This document shows positions 33,810-46,464 of a stretch of 64,000 nucleotides of DNA, in pieces. The position numbers and the translations under genes were made by a program. This DNA comes from Candidatus Multivorans sp. (GTDB lineage Bacteria; Acidobacteriota; Thermoanaerobaculia; Multivoradales; Multivoraceae): positions 992,001 to 1,056,000 of the forward strand of contig OZ245033.1 in the NCBI GenBank assembly GCA_965224025.1. Direction: 5' to 3'. Each line of letters opens with the position of its first letter. Position 1 is the stretch's first letter. Under the pieces are notes generated by a model. That model had not been told where the DNA came from. It ran no database searches and was given only the letters and a program-made list of their open reading frames with translations.

Positions 33810-35687
33810 ATGGCCGAAGAGACGACCGCAACGGACAGCCAAACCGAGACGGGCATGGGCACGGACGCAGTCGTCCTGACCGGCGCCGAGATCGTTTGCG
33901 AGTGCCTGCTCCGCGAGGGGATCGACATCGTCTTCGGCTATCCGGGCGGGGCCATCCTGCCTGCCTATGACGCGCTCACCCAGTACCCGCAGCTCCACCA
34001 CGTCCTGGTCCGTCACGAGCAGGGCGCGTCCCACATGGCGGACGGCTACGCCCGCGCCACCGGCAAGGTCGGAGTGGCGATGGCGACCAGCGGCCCGGGC
34101 GCCACCAACCTGGTCACCGGCATTGCCACCGCGTTGATGGACTCCTCCCCGATCGTCTGCATCACCGGCCAAGTGCCGACCGGCGCCATCGGAACGGACG
34201 CGTTCCAGGAAACGGACGTCACCGGCATCACGATTCCGATCACGAAGCACAACTACCTGGTCACGAGCGTCGACGAACTGGCCGACGTGATGCGCGAGGC
34301 GTTCCACATCGCCCGCACCGGCCGTCCCGGCCCGGTCCTGGTCGACATCCCGAAGGACGTGCAGACTCAGACCACGGAGTTCGTCTATTCCGAGGAACCA
34401 GTCACCCTGCCCGGCTACCGAACGCCCCGCAGGGGCCGCGCCGACCAGATCGACAGGGCCCTGGAACTGATTCGCGGGTCGAAGCGGCCGCTGATCCTGG
34501 CCGGACACGGCATCTCGATGGCGGACGCGAACCGGGAGCTCAAGGAACTCTGCGAGCGCACGCAGATCCCGGTCGCCCTGACCCTGCTCGGCAAGGGCGC
34601 CATCTCGGAACACCATCCGCTGTGCCTGGGAATGATGGGTATGCACGGCGGCGCGGAGGTCAACCACGCGATCCAGCAGGCCGACCTGCTGATCGCCCTC
34701 GGCATGCGGTTCGACGACCGGGTGACCGGCAACCTGGCCACCTACGCCCAGGAGTCGCGGAAGATCCACGTCGACATCGATCCCTCGGAGATCAACAAGA
34801 ACGTCAGGGTCGACGTGGGAATCGTCGGCGACCTCGGCGAGGTGTTGCGGCAACTGCTGGAACGGGCCGAGCGCCCCTGGGACGAGACCTGGCTCGACCG
34901 GATCGCCGAGTGGCGGGAGGACTCCGAGCAGCGGGAGATCGTGAGGCCGGCGAGCGAACCGCAGCACCCCGCGGTCCCCGAGGGCAAGCTGCTCGGCGCC
35001 CAGGTCATCCGGGATCTGTTCGAGTTCACCGGTGGCAACGCAGTGACCGTCACCGACGTCGGCCAGCACCAGATGCTGGAGGCGCAGTACTACCAGCACG
35101 AGCGGCCGCACAGCCTGATCACCAGCGGCGGCCTGGGCACGATGGGCTTCGGGCTGCCGGCGGCCATCGGCGCCAAGCTGGCCCGGCCCGACCAGGAGGT
35201 CTGGGCGATCATCGGCGACGGCGGTTTCCAGATGACGATGATGGAACTCGCCACCGCCGTCCAGGAACAGGCGAACGTTCACATCGCCATCATCAACAAC
35301 GGCTTTCTCGGCATGGTCCGCCAGTGGCAGGAGTTCTTCTACGACGAGCGGTACAGCCAGACACCCATGGTCAACCCTGACTTCTGCAAGCTGGCGGCCG
35401 CCTATGACATCCCCGCGATCCGGGTCACTGAACGCGGCAAGATCGAGGAAGCGGTCAGCGCATCGCGGGCACACACAGGCGGTCCCACGCTGATCGAGTT
35501 CGTCGTAGAGAAGGAAGAGATCGTCTATCCCATGGTGCCGACCGGCGCCGATCTCGACGACATGATCCGCCGCCCGACTCCCGAGGAGTTCGAGCGCAAG
35601 CGCCGCGAACAAGCGGCCGCATTCGAGACGCCCGAGCCCGAGGCGCCGGCAGCCGTGGCGGCCATCGGAACACGGTTCGGAGTCTGA
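33810..35687 (+). CDS. ilvB: Acetolactate synthase large subunit
   Basis: FGYPGGA, RHEQGA, TSGPGATN, GDGGFQM...NNGFLGMVRQWQ. Confidence 0.96.
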   Translation: MAEETTATDSQTETGMGTDAVVLTGAEIVCECLLREGIDIVFGYPGGAILPAYDALTQYPQLHHVLVRHEQGASHMADGYARATGKVGVAMATSGPGATNLVTGIATALMDSSPIVCITGQVPTGAIGTDAFQETDVTGITIPITKHNYLVTSVDELADVMREAFHIARTGRPGPVLVDIPKDVQTQTTEFVYSEEPVTLPGYRTPRRGRADQIDRALELIRGSKRPLILAGHGISMADANRELKELCERTQIPVALTLLGKGAISEHHPLCLGMMGMHGGAEVNHAIQQADLLIALGMRFDDRVTGNLATYAQESRKIHVDIDPSEINKNVRVDVGIVGDLGEVLRQLLERAERPWDETWLDRIAEWREDSEQREIVRPASEPQHPAVPEGKLLGAQVIRDLFEFTGGNAVTVTDVGQHQMLEAQYYQHERPHSLITSGGLGTMGFGLPAAIGAKLARPDQEVWAIIGDGGFQMTMMELATAVQEQANVHIAIINNGFLGMVRQWQEFFYDERYSQTPMVNPDFCKLAAAYDIPAIRVTERGKIEEAVSASRAHTGGPTLIEFVVEKEEIVYPMVPTGADLDDMIRRPTPEEFERKRREQAAAFETPEPEAPAAVAAIGTRFGV

Positions 35688-35715
35688 GGCGCTCGGGTTC
35701 AGAGGGTACCGCGAT

Positions 35716-36261
35716 ATGGCAAAGCACATCCTGGCCGCTCTGGTCGAGAACCGTCCGGGCGTCCTGGCCCGAGTGGCGAACCTCTTCCGGCGGCGCAGCT
35801 TCAACATCGACAGCATGTCGGTCGGACGCACCCAGCGTGACCACGTGTCGCGGATGACGATCGTCATGGAGTCGGACGCCGCGGAGGCGGACCGCCTGGT
35901 GAAGAACCTCTACAAGCTGGTCGACGTCGTCCATGTCGATCACCTCCACGGCCTGCCCGCCGTCGCCCGTGACATGGCCCTGGTCAAAGTCAAGGCCGAC
36001 TCCTCGAACCGGCGCGAGGTGATCCAGCTCTGCGACATCTTCCGCGCCCGGATCATCGATGTCGGCGCGGAGTCGCTGGTCGTCGAGATCACCGGCGAAG
36101 AGGAGAAGATCGAGCACTTCACCGAACTCGTGCGGCCGTTCGGCATTGTCGAGATGGTTCGCACCGGCGTCATCGCCATGGGCCGCGGCGGCCACACGCT
36201 GAAGGACGCGGGCTTCAAGCCGAACCGCGGCGGATCCAGGGCCAGGCGAAGCGTGCTCTAG
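35716..36261 (+). CDS. ilvN: Acetolactate synthase small subunit
   Basis: [26 protein letters not shown]. Confidence 0.96.
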   Translation: MAKHILAALVENRPGVLARVANLFRRRSFNIDSMSVGRTQRDHVSRMTIVMESDAAEADRLVKNLYKLVDVVHVDHLHGLPAVARDMALVKVKADSSNRREVIQLCDIFRARIIDVGAESLVVEITGEEEKIEHFTELVRPFGIVEMVRTGVIAMGRGGHTLKDAGFKPNRGGSRARRSVL

Positions 36262-36329
36262 AACCGCGCCAGGAACACACTACCGACGGCCGCTTCGGCC
36301 TCGGATCACACAGACAAGGAACCACTCAG

Positions 36330-37331
36330 ATGGCAAAGCTCTACTACGACGACGACGCGGATCTCTCCCGGCTGTCCGGCCGGACCGTCGCGGTCATCGG
36401 CTATGGCAGCCAGGGACACGCGCACGCCCTGAACCTCCGTGACAGCGGGGTTGAAGTCGTTGTCGGCCTGCGGGAGGGGAGCGGCAGCCAGACCAAGGCC
36501 GAGGCTGACGGCCTCGAGGTGCTGGGCAACGCCGAGGCCGCCGCCAGGAGTCGGATGATCATGATCCTGGCCCCCGACACCGTCCAGGCGGAGCTGTACG
36601 AGCAGGACGTCGCATCGAACCTCGAGCCCGGCGACACCCTGATGTTCGCGCACGGCTTCAACGTCCGCTACGGCGAGATCGAGGCGCCTCGGAACATCGA
36701 CGTATCCCTGGTCGCGCCGAAGGCGCCCGGTCACCGGGTGCGGGAGGTGTTCACCGAGGGCGCCGGCACGCCGGGTCTCGTCGCCGTGGCGAACGACGCC
36801 ACGGGGAACGCCCTGGCGGACGCCCTGGCCTACGCCAAGGGGATCGGCTGCACGCGCGCCGGCGTCATCGAAACGACCTTCGCCGAGGAGACCGAAACCG
36901 ACCTCTTCGGCGAGCAGATCGTCCTCTGCGGCGGCGCCTCGGCCCTGGTGCGCGCCGGCTTCGAGAAGCTCGTCGCGGCCGGCTACCAGCCCGAAGTCGC
37001 CTACTTCGAGTGCCTGCACGAGCTGAAGCTGATCGTCGACCTGATGTACGAGGGAGGACTCGGCTACATGTGGTACAGCGTCTCCGACACCGCCGAGCAC
37101 GGCGGCTACCACGCCGGCGACCAACTGATCACCAAGGACGTGCGCGCCGTGATGGACAAGGTGCTGAGCGACATCCAGGACGGGACCTACGCGCGCGACT
37201 GGATCGCGGAGAACCGGAACGGCCGTCCCCGCTTCGATCCCCGCAGAACGCAGGAGAGAACGCATCCGATCGAGGAGGTCGGCCGGGAACTGCGTCGGAT
37301 GATGCCGTTCCTGGACGCGAAGGAGGTGTAG
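36330..37331 (+). CDS. ilvC: Ketol-acid reductoisomerase
   Basis: [28 protein letters not shown]. Confidence 0.97.
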   Translation: MAKLYYDDDADLSRLSGRTVAVIGYGSQGHAHALNLRDSGVEVVVGLREGSGSQTKAEADGLEVLGNAEAAARSRMIMILAPDTVQAELYEQDVASNLEPGDTLMFAHGFNVRYGEIEAPRNIDVSLVAPKAPGHRVREVFTEGAGTPGLVAVANDATGNALADALAYAKGIGCTRAGVIETTFAEETETDLFGEQIVLCGGASALVRAGFEKLVAAGYQPEVAYFECLHELKLIVDLMYEGGLGYMWYSVSDTAEHGGYHAGDQLITKDVRAVMDKVLSDIQDGTYARDWIAENRNGRPRFDPRRTQERTHPIEEVGRELRRMMPFLDAKEV

Positions 37332-37333
37332 CG

Positions 37334-38958
<1,625 letters not shown>

Positions 38959-38962
<4 letters not shown>

Positions 38963-40380
38963 GCCCCAACCAGACGCTGTTCGAGAAGATCTGGCGGCGC
39001 CACCTGGTCGCCGCCGAGGCCGAAGGACTGCCGGCGAGCCTCTACGTCGACCTGCACCTGGTTCACGAAGTGACCTCGCCCCAGGCGTTCACCGATCTGG
39101 CAGAACGGGGCTTGAGCGTGCGGAGGCCCGATCTCACCCTGGCGACGATGGACCACTCGACGCCCACCGACCCGACCATCGACGGCGCGAAGCTCCGGGT
39201 GCTCGACCCCGAGGGATCGGCCCAACTCGACCAGCTCCAGGCGAACTGCGAACGTCACGGCATCCCGCTCTACGCCATGGGCGACGCGCGCCGCGGCATC
39301 GTCCACGTGATCGGGCCCGAGCTCGGCGCCACCCAGCCCGGCATGACCGTCGTCTGCGGCGACAGCCACACGAGCACCCACGGTGCGGTCGGCGCCCTCG
39401 CCTTCGGCATCGGCACCAGCGAAGTCGGCCACGTCCTGGCCACGCAGTGCCTGCTCCAGCACCGGCCGAAGACCTACGAGGTGCGCGTCGACGGCCGCCT
39501 GCGGGAAGGCGTGGTCGCGAAGGACATCATCCTGGCCGTGATCGCCAGGCTCGGCATCGGCGGCGGAACCGGCCACGTCTTCGAGTACACGGGAGCGGCG
39601 ATCCGCGCGCTCGACATGGAAGGCCGCATGACGGTCTGCAACATGTCGATCGAGGGCGGCGCTCGCGCCGGCCTGATCGCGCCCGACGACGTGACCTTCG
39701 ACTACCTGGAGGGTCGGCCCATGGCGCCGTCGGGCGACGCCTGGGAGGCGGCGCTCGAGGACTGGCGGTCCCTGCCCACCGACGAGGGGGCGGTCTACGA
39801 CCGGACCACCACGCTCGACGGCTCGGCGCTCGAACCCATGGTCACCTACGGCACGAACCCGGGCATGGCGATCCCGATCGCCGGCGCGATCCCTGAAGAT
39901 GGAGCAGTCGAACCGGAGAAACGCGCTTCCTTCCGCAAGGCGCTCGACTACATGGCTCTTGAACCGGGCCAGCAGCTTCAGGGCAAGCCGATCGACGTCG
40001 TCTTCGTCGGCAGTTGCACGAACTCGCGCTACAGCGATCTTGCGGCCGCCGCGAGCGTCCTGCGCGGGCGCAAGGTGGCCGACGGACTCCGCGTGCTCGT
40101 CGTGCCCGGCTCGGACGCGGTCAAGCGGCAGGCCGAGCGCGACGGTCTCGCCCAGGTGTTCGTCGACGCCGGGGCCGAGTGGCGCGAAGCGGGGTGCTCG
40201 ATGTGCCTGGCGATGAACGGCGATCAACTGGCCCCGGGCCAGTACGCGGTCAGCACCTCGAACCGCAACTTCGAGGGCCGGCAGGGCGCCGGCGGCCGCA
40301 CCTTCCTGGCCAGTCCGCTTACCGCCGCGGCGTCCGCGATCACCGGTCGGGTCACCGATGTCCGCGAGGTCCTGTCATGA
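38959..40380 (+). CDS. leuC: 3-isopropylmalate dehydratase large subunit
   Basis: [35 protein letters not shown]. Confidence 0.97.
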
Positions 40381-40386
40381 GCACTC

Positions 40387-40412
40387 CTGGGAACGCGGGC
40401 GTCTCGCCCGCA
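40387..40412 (+). repeat. REP-like palindrome between leuC and leuD
   Basis: CTGGGAACGCGGGCGTCTCGCCCGCA. Confidence 0.6.
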
Positions 40413-40453
40413 CGCTCCGGCACAAGCGCCGCCGACGCACGGGGAAACCTCTC

Positions 40454-41077
40454 ATGAGCACGCGCTTCGACCGCTTCACCGGCACGATGGCGCCGCTGCC
40501 TGGCCAGAACATCGACACGGACCAGATCATCCCGGCGTCCTACCTCAAGGTCACCGACCGCTCGGGTCTGGCCGCCGGCCTCTTCTGCCGCTGGCGCTAC
40601 CGGGACGGCGATCCCGAAGGCGAGCCGATCGCTGAGTTCGTCTTGAATCAGCCGCAGCATCAGGACGCCCGCATCCTGCTCGCCGGCGACAACTTCGGCT
40701 GCGGCAGTTCCCGCGAGCACGCGCCCTGGGCTCTGGTCGGCTACGGCTTCCGCGCCGTGATCAGCACGTCCTTCGCCGACATCTTCCGCAGCAACGCGCT
40801 GAAGAACGGGCTGCTCGTCGTACCGGTAGCGGACGAGGTCTCCGCAGCGCTGTTCGACGCCGTCGCCGCCAACCCGGCGACCGAGGTCACGATCGACCTC
40901 GACGCGCAGACCCTCAGCCTTCCCGGCGGAGGCGAAGCGCCGTTCGCTGTCGATCCGTTCGCCCGCCGCTGCCTGCTCGACGGCACGGATCAGCTCGGCT
41001 ATCTGCTGAAGCAGGCGGCGGCCATCGGAGCATTCGAGGCAGAGCACCCCTCCCGACTCGACACGCGGTCCGCCTGA
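40454..41077 (+). CDS. leuD: 3-isopropylmalate dehydratase small subunit
   Basis: NIDTDQIIP, NFGCGSSREHAPWAL, SFADIF. Confidence 0.97.
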   Translation: MSTRFDRFTGTMAPLPGQNIDTDQIIPASYLKVTDRSGLAAGLFCRWRYRDGDPEGEPIAEFVLNQPQHQDARILLAGDNFGCGSSREHAPWALVGYGFRAVISTSFADIFRSNALKNGLLVVPVADEVSAALFDAVAANPATEVTIDLDAQTLSLPGGGEAPFAVDPFARRCLLDGTDQLGYLLKQAAAIGAFEAEHPSRLDTRSA

Positions 41078-41104
41078 GCCGCGCCCTCTCGACCACACCG
41101 ACCC

Positions 41105-42175
41105 ATGCAGGCGAACATCGTCCTTCTTCCCGGCGACGGGATCGGGCCCGAGGTCACGGCCGAGGCTGCCCGCGTTCTGAACGTCGTCGCCGATCTCGGC
41201 GGCCACGAGTTCCAGCTCGAGTCCCACCCAATGGGCGGCAACGCGATCGACGACTTCCGGAACCCCTTGCCGCCGAGCACGCTCGCTGCCTGCAAGGCCG
41301 CCGACGCGGTGTTCCTGGGCGCCGTCGGCGGGCCGAAGTGGTCCGACCCGACCGCCGAACTCCGCCCCGAGCAGGGGCTGCTCGACCTGCGGGCCGAGCT
41401 TGGCCTGTTCGCCAACCTGCGCCCGGTGCCGGTGTTCGAGTCACTGATCGAGTTCGCGCCGCTCAAGCCCGAACTGTTGCGTGGCGTCGACCTGCTGTTC
41501 GTGCGCGAGCTGACCGGCGGCATCTACTTCGGCCCCCGCCAGGAACAGGGCGACGGCGACGTGGCGCACGACACGCTCGTCTACTCCACCGCCGAAGTCG
41601 AACGCGTGGCCCGCGTGGCGCTACGCGCCGCCAGAGGACGCCGCGGCAAGCTCGCCTCGATCGACAAGGCGAACGTGCTGGCCTCGATGCGACTCTGGCG
41701 CCGCGCGGTGACCGAAGTCGCCGGCGCCTACCCCGACGTCGAGGTCAGCCACCACCTCGTCGACGCCTTCGCGATGCAGTTGATGCGCTCGCCCGCGGAC
41801 TACGACGTGATCCTCGCCGGCAACATGTTCGGCGACATCCTGAGCGACGAGGCGGCCATCCTCGCCGGTTCGCTCGGCATGCTGCCCTCGGCGTCGCTCG
41901 GCTCCGGTCGACAGGGCCTGTACGAACCGGTCCACGGCTCGGCGCCCGATATCGCGAGCCGCGGCATCGCCAACCCCATCGGCGCCATCCTGAGCGCCGC
42001 GATGCTGCTCCGCCACAGCCTCGATCTGGAGACGGAGGCGACCCAGGTCGAAGCGGCGGTCGCCGCGGTCCTGGACGAAGGGCTCCGTACCTGCGATCTG
42101 GCGCCCGAAGGTCAGCCGGCAGTATCCACAACGGAGATGGGCCTGGAGATCGCCGCCAGGATCGGCGCCGCCTGA
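41105..42175 (+). CDS. leuB: 3-isopropylmalate dehydrogenase
   Basis: [31 protein letters not shown]. Confidence 0.97.
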   Translation: MQANIVLLPGDGIGPEVTAEAARVLNVVADLGGHEFQLESHPMGGNAIDDFRNPLPPSTLAACKAADAVFLGAVGGPKWSDPTAELRPEQGLLDLRAELGLFANLRPVPVFESLIEFAPLKPELLRGVDLLFVRELTGGIYFGPRQEQGDGDVAHDTLVYSTAEVERVARVALRAARGRRGKLASIDKANVLASMRLWRRAVTEVAGAYPDVEVSHHLVDAFAMQLMRSPADYDVILAGNMFGDILSDEAAILAGSLGMLPSASLGSGRQGLYEPVHGSAPDIASRGIANPIGAILSAAMLLRHSLDLETEATQVEAAVAAVLDEGLRTCDLAPEGQPAVSTTEMGLEIAARIGAA

Positions 42176-42278
42176 GCCCGCTGGCGCTCCTCTGACCCTG
42201 CAGGCTCGCGCTCGGTACAAGCTTCGCCGGCGGTCCGCCCGCCAACACGGACTACTCGGGACGGCTCGCTCCCGAGAT

Positions 42279-43540
42279 TCAGAGATCCGCTGGAAAAAAC
42301 AGCACCGGCTCGTCGGAACCGAACCCGAGGTCGACCTCGAACTCCACCCGCCCTCCTGGCACGAGTACGCTCCCGGCGCCGGCGCTTGCGTTGAGCGCGC
42401 CCGCGCAGGCGTTCACATAAAACCCGTAGTCGAAGGCCGCCGATTGGACAACCCGGTAGCGACCGGCGGAAAGTCCCGGCAGTTCGATCCTGTCGATCAC
42501 ACTGCCGGTCGCCGGGTCCACGCCCCCCCGCCGGCACGGCGGCTCCAGGCGAGCAGGTCGCTCATCAACAGTACGCCTCCGTGCGGCGTCAGGAGGACCG
42601 GCTCGGAGAGACCTCCGGCGCGGTCGCCGACCGTGTTGCGCAGCACGACCGTGCCGACCGGTTCGTCCATCAGGTCGAGTGGATCGCCAGGTTGGAGGCG
42701 CAGGCGCACTGTCCGAACGTCGTCTACTACCCAGTCCTCCAACGGCGAGGAAGGAACCTCGGCCCTCCCCTGGGTGAATCCGTCGAACCAGGCCCACAGG
42801 CGATACCGGCCTTCCTCGAGCCCGTCGAACGCGAAACGGCCCTCCTGGTCGGACGCGACCGGCAGAGAAACGAACGCTTCCAGATCGTCATCGTCGTTCC
42901 CGTCCCCCTCGTCGGCTCTCTCGATGCTCACCGAGGCGCCGGGGAGCGGCTCAAGCGTTGAGCCATCGAGGACCACGCCACGTACCGTTCGGTCGCCCAA
43001 GTCGAATCGCAGGCTCAGAACATCGTTGTCCACGCGTGCGCTGACCTTGAACATCCGACGGAGTCCGCCGGCCGTTTCCACGGCGGCGGCGACCACATCG
43101 CCTGTCGGCCTCGGCATCTGGCCGCCGAACTCGCCGTCTTCGTTCGTGACGAATGGTACGCGGTCGCCAGCCCCGCGGCTGAGCGCCACCCGGGCCTGAA
43201 CGCCGTTGCCGTCGAGACGCACCTGACCGCGCACCTCGACGAAGTCCAGATCGATGGCGACGGCTTCGTTGCCCGCTACTTGCATCTGCTCCGAATGGAG
43301 CAGGTCGCCGTCCGGAGTCTGCAGGCCCAGAAAGTACGAGCCCGTCGGCAGACCATGAAGGGTCGCAACGCCGTTTGGTTCCGCCTCGGCCATCCGAGGC
43401 GCCGTACTCCGATCGAGCCTCTGCGCCGCGACGCGCCACCTGCCCGTGCCAGGCGCCCGCGGCGAGATGAAGACCCATACCTCGGCGACTCGCTCAGGAG
43501 GACTTCCGCAAGCCGCGTTTCGGCGTCCGGCCGATCGCAA
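42279..43540 (-). pseudogene. Carboxypeptidase-regulatory-like domain protein, probably N-truncated and frameshifted
   Basis: VRGVVLDGSTLEPLPGASV, SDQEGRFAFDGLEEGRYRL; frame change at the C7 run near 42523-42529. Confidence 0.55.
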
Positions 43541-43564
43541 TCCTCTTGGGATGGAGTCGCAAGT

Positions 43565-44071
43565 TCAGGGGCCCGCCGTCGACACCGCCAAGTCACGTTC
43601 GGCAGGAGCGCCTTGCCGAACCCTGCTCCCGCTCTGCCAAGGCGTCTTGCAACCCACCAGGCTGGACTGTCCGTTCGCTATCGAACAGGTTGCGATGTCG
43701 GTGGGCGCCGGGATGCAAGCGCCGGTCGGACGCAGCGTCGGATCTCCCTCGCGGTCGTCCATCGCCTCCGCAAGCGTCAGAACCGGTCGCGCCGTCCGAA
43801 TCGCTCCCGGCGTCAAGATCGGCCCCGGCTCGAGGTCCGGCCGACCGACGACGAGCGTCTGGCTGCGTGCAGCGGGAACATAGCCGCAATTGTAGTCCGT
43901 GTAGCAGTAGCTGTAAATGTAAATACACTCAACCCCCCCCATGTGAGGGGTGCCGACGCAGGCGAGGCCGACACAGCGCTTGCAAGAAGCCTCAGCCGTG
44001 CTGCTTGTCACGAACACAATGCGGGCTGACTTTACATGGAACCGGCGGGGCCGCCGGGCGTGCCGGCGCAT
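43565..44071 (-). CDS. Hypothetical Cys-rich small protein (possibly degenerate)
   Basis: AEASCKRCVGLACVGTPHMGGVECIYIYSYCYTDYNCGY in a low-GC patch; start uncertain. Confidence 0.3.
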   Translation of the reverse strand: MRRHARRPRRFHVKSARIVFVTSSTAEASCKRCVGLACVGTPHMGGVECIYIYSYCYTDYNCGYVPAARSQTLVVGRPDLEPGPILTPGAIRTARPVLTLAEAMDDREGDPTLRPTGACIPAPTDIATCSIANGQSSLVGCKTPWQSGSRVRQGAPAERDLAVSTAGP

Positions 44072-44085
44072 CCACTGTGCGCCGT

Positions 44086-44874
44086 TCAGAAGAGCATGAG
44101 CAGCACGGCGCCCAGCACCAGCCGGTAGGCAACGAAGATCAGCAGACCGTGGCGCCGCACCCAGCCCAACAGCAGGCCGATCACCAGGTAGCCCACGACA
44201 CTTGACAGGGCGGCCACCAGCAACATCGCCGGCAGTTGCGACAACGGCAGCGCCCCGTTCAGCAGATCGAGCCCGTTCTTGCCGACCACGAACACACCGG
44301 CCGGGATCGCCATCAGGAAGGCGAAGCGCGCCGACGACTCGCGATCGAAACCGAGCAGGCGGCCGGCGCTGATCGTCACGCCGGCCCGGGAGGCGCCCGG
44401 GATCAGCGCGGTGGCCTGGGCCACGCCGAACAGGAGCGCGTGCCACCAGGTCACCTCGCCGATCCGGCGGTTCTGCCCGCCCCAACGGTCCGCCGCCCCG
44501 AGCAGGAGGCCGAAGCCGATCGTCGCCCAGGCGATCACGCCCGGGCTGCGGGCATCGCCGGCGATCCAGCCCGATGCCGCGATGCCGGCGAGCAGCACCG
44601 GCAGGGACGCAAGCCCCAGCAGCGGGATCATTCGCCGCTCCGCCTGGGCATCGTCGCCGTCGCCGCCGGGGCGAAGGGCCCGGGCGAAGCCCGCCAGGTC
44701 CCTCCGGAAGTAGGCGACGACTGCGAGCAGCGTCCCCGCGTTGGCCGCCACGTCGACCGCCAGACCCTGATCCGGCCAGCCGAACAGTCGCGGCAGCAGA
44801 ATCGTGTGCGCCGTCGAACTGATCGGCAGGTACTCCGTGAGCCCTTGCACCAAGGCCACGAGGATCAACTGCAC
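44086..44874 (-). CDS. uppP: Undecaprenyl-diphosphate phosphatase
   Basis: VQGLTEYLPISSTAH, IPGASRAGVTI. Confidence 0.95.
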   Translation of the reverse strand: MQLILVALVQGLTEYLPISSTAHTILLPRLFGWPDQGLAVDVAANAGTLLAVVAYFRRDLAGFARALRPGGDGDDAQAERRMIPLLGLASLPVLLAGIAASGWIAGDARSPGVIAWATIGFGLLLGAADRWGGQNRRIGEVTWWHALLFGVAQATALIPGASRAGVTISAGRLLGFDRESSARFAFLMAIPAGVFVVGKNGLDLLNGALPLSQLPAMLLVAALSSVVGYLVIGLLLGWVRRHGLLIFVAYRLVLGAVLLMLF

Positions 44875-44941
44875 GGGCCCCACGAAACGAGGATAGCGAA
44901 GCGGCGGGACGTACGCGCCCCATGCGGATACGATGCGCGCC

Positions 44942-45670
44942 ATGAACAAGCCACGCACCTGCATCAGCCTGATCGCCGCCAGCCTTGCTTTCCTCGCGGT
45001 AGCGCCAGCCTGCGCCCAGGAAGAGGCCAACGCCGCGGTCGACGATGAGCCGCCGCTCGCCGAGACCTGGAACGAGAAGGCTTCCTACGCGATCGGTCTG
45101 AACATCGGCAGCAACCTGGAGCCGGACGACCTGGAAGTCGATCTCGAACTGCTGCTGCGCGGCTTCAAGGACGGTCTGGAAGGCACCGAGGCCCTGGATT
45201 CCGAGGAAGTCGACAGTGTCCTGAGCGAACTGGGGGCCAAGATGCAGGCGCACGCGGACCGCGAGCGGCAGGCGGCCATGATGGAGAACACTGCCAAGAG
45301 CGCCGCCTTCCTCGCCACCAAGGAGAAGGAGGAAGGCATCGTCAAGACGGACTCCGGACTCCTCTACCGCGAGATCCGCGCCGGCAGCGGTGACAGTCCG
45401 GCTGCCGATCAGGAAGTCACGGTCCACTACCGCGGCACCCTGCTCGACGGCACGCAGTTCGACAGCACCTACGACCGTGACCAGCCCTCGACCTACCCGG
45501 TCAGCGGCTTCATCCCCGGCTGGTCCGAGGCGCTGCAGTTGATGAAACCGGGCGCCAGGTGGGAACTCTTCATCCCCGCCGATCTCGCCTACGGCAAGGA
45601 CGGTTCGCCGCCCGCCATCCCGCCCGCAGCGGCCCTGATCTTCGAACTTGAGCTGCTCGAAGTGGAGTAG
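44942..45670 (+). CDS. fkpA: FKBP-type peptidyl-prolyl isomerase (FkpA-like)
   Basis: Signal peptide, KASYAIG, VHYRGTLLDGTQFDS, IPGWSEAL. Confidence 0.9.
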   Translation: MNKPRTCISLIAASLAFLAVAPACAQEEANAAVDDEPPLAETWNEKASYAIGLNIGSNLEPDDLEVDLELLLRGFKDGLEGTEALDSEEVDSVLSELGAKMQAHADRERQAAMMENTAKSAAFLATKEKEEGIVKTDSGLLYREIRAGSGDSPAADQEVTVHYRGTLLDGTQFDSTYDRDQPSTYPVSGFIPGWSEALQLMKPGARWELFIPADLAYGKDGSPPAIPPAAALIFELELLEVE

Positions 45671-45708
45671 CGCGGCAGAAGTACCGGAGCCTGTCGCGTC
45701 GCGCCGGA

Positions 45709-45735
45709 TGCCGGCGGGGACGCCGGCGCACCCAG
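45709..45735 (-). repeat. REP-like palindrome between convergent genes
   Basis: Minus strand CTGGGTGCGCCGGCGTCCCCGCCGGCA. Confidence 0.6.
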
Positions 45736-45738
45736 TCT

Positions 45739-46464
45739 CTACCGCGCCTTGCTGCCAGCAGTGAACCGATAGCCTACGCCGCGGACGGTGTGGAAGTGGC
45801 GCGGTCGCTCGGGATCAGGTTCGAAGCGCTTGCGTAGCCGGAGTACGAAGTTGTCGATCGTCCGCGACGACGGGAACGCCTCGTAGCCCCAGACGCGATC
45901 GAGGATGTCCTCGCGCGAGACCACTTCGCCTTCCCGCTCCGCCAGGGTCTTGAGGATCATCGCCTCCTTCTGGGTCAACTGCTGGGCCTGCCCGTCCCAG
46001 GACGCGCCCGAAAAGGCGGTGAAATCGAAGTGGTTGTCGCCGAAACGCACCACATCGGAACTCCCCTCCGCCGCCCCCCAGGCGCGGCGCCGCAGGATCG
46101 CCTGCACCCGCAGCAGCAGTTCGGTCAGATGGAACGGCTTGGCGAGGTAGTCGTCGCCTCCGGCTTCGAGGCCGCGGATGCGATCGTCGACCCCGGCCTT
46201 GGCGGTCAGAAACAGCACCGGCGTATCGACGCCGTTCCGCCTCGCCTCCTCGCACAGGGTGAAACCGTCGACTCCACGCAGCATCACGTCGAGGATCACG
46301 AGCTGGTACCGAGGATCCCGAATCCGCTCCAGCGCCTCCTCGCCGTCACCGATCCAGTCCACGTCGAGACCCTCCGCTTCGAGGTTGAAGCGAATGCCCG
46401 CAGCCAGATTCTCCTCGTCCTCGACCAGGAGCACCCGGGCCGCCCCCTCGGCCGCGGTTCTCAC
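45739..46464 (-). CDS. OmpR-family response regulator
   Basis: LLVEDE, ILDVML, LTAK, TVRGVGYRF. Confidence 0.95.
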   Translation of the reverse strand: MRTAAEGAARVLLVEDEENLAAGIRFNLEAEGLDVDWIGDGEEALERIRDPRYQLVILDVMLRGVDGFTLCEEARRNGVDTPVLFLTAKAGVDDRIRGLEAGGDDYLAKPFHLTELLLRVQAILRRRAWGAAEGSSDVVRFGDNHFDFTAFSGASWDGQAQQLTQKEAMILKTLAEREGEVVSREDILDRVWGYEAFPSSRTIDNFVLRLRKRFEPDPERPRHFHTVRGVGYRFTAGSKAR

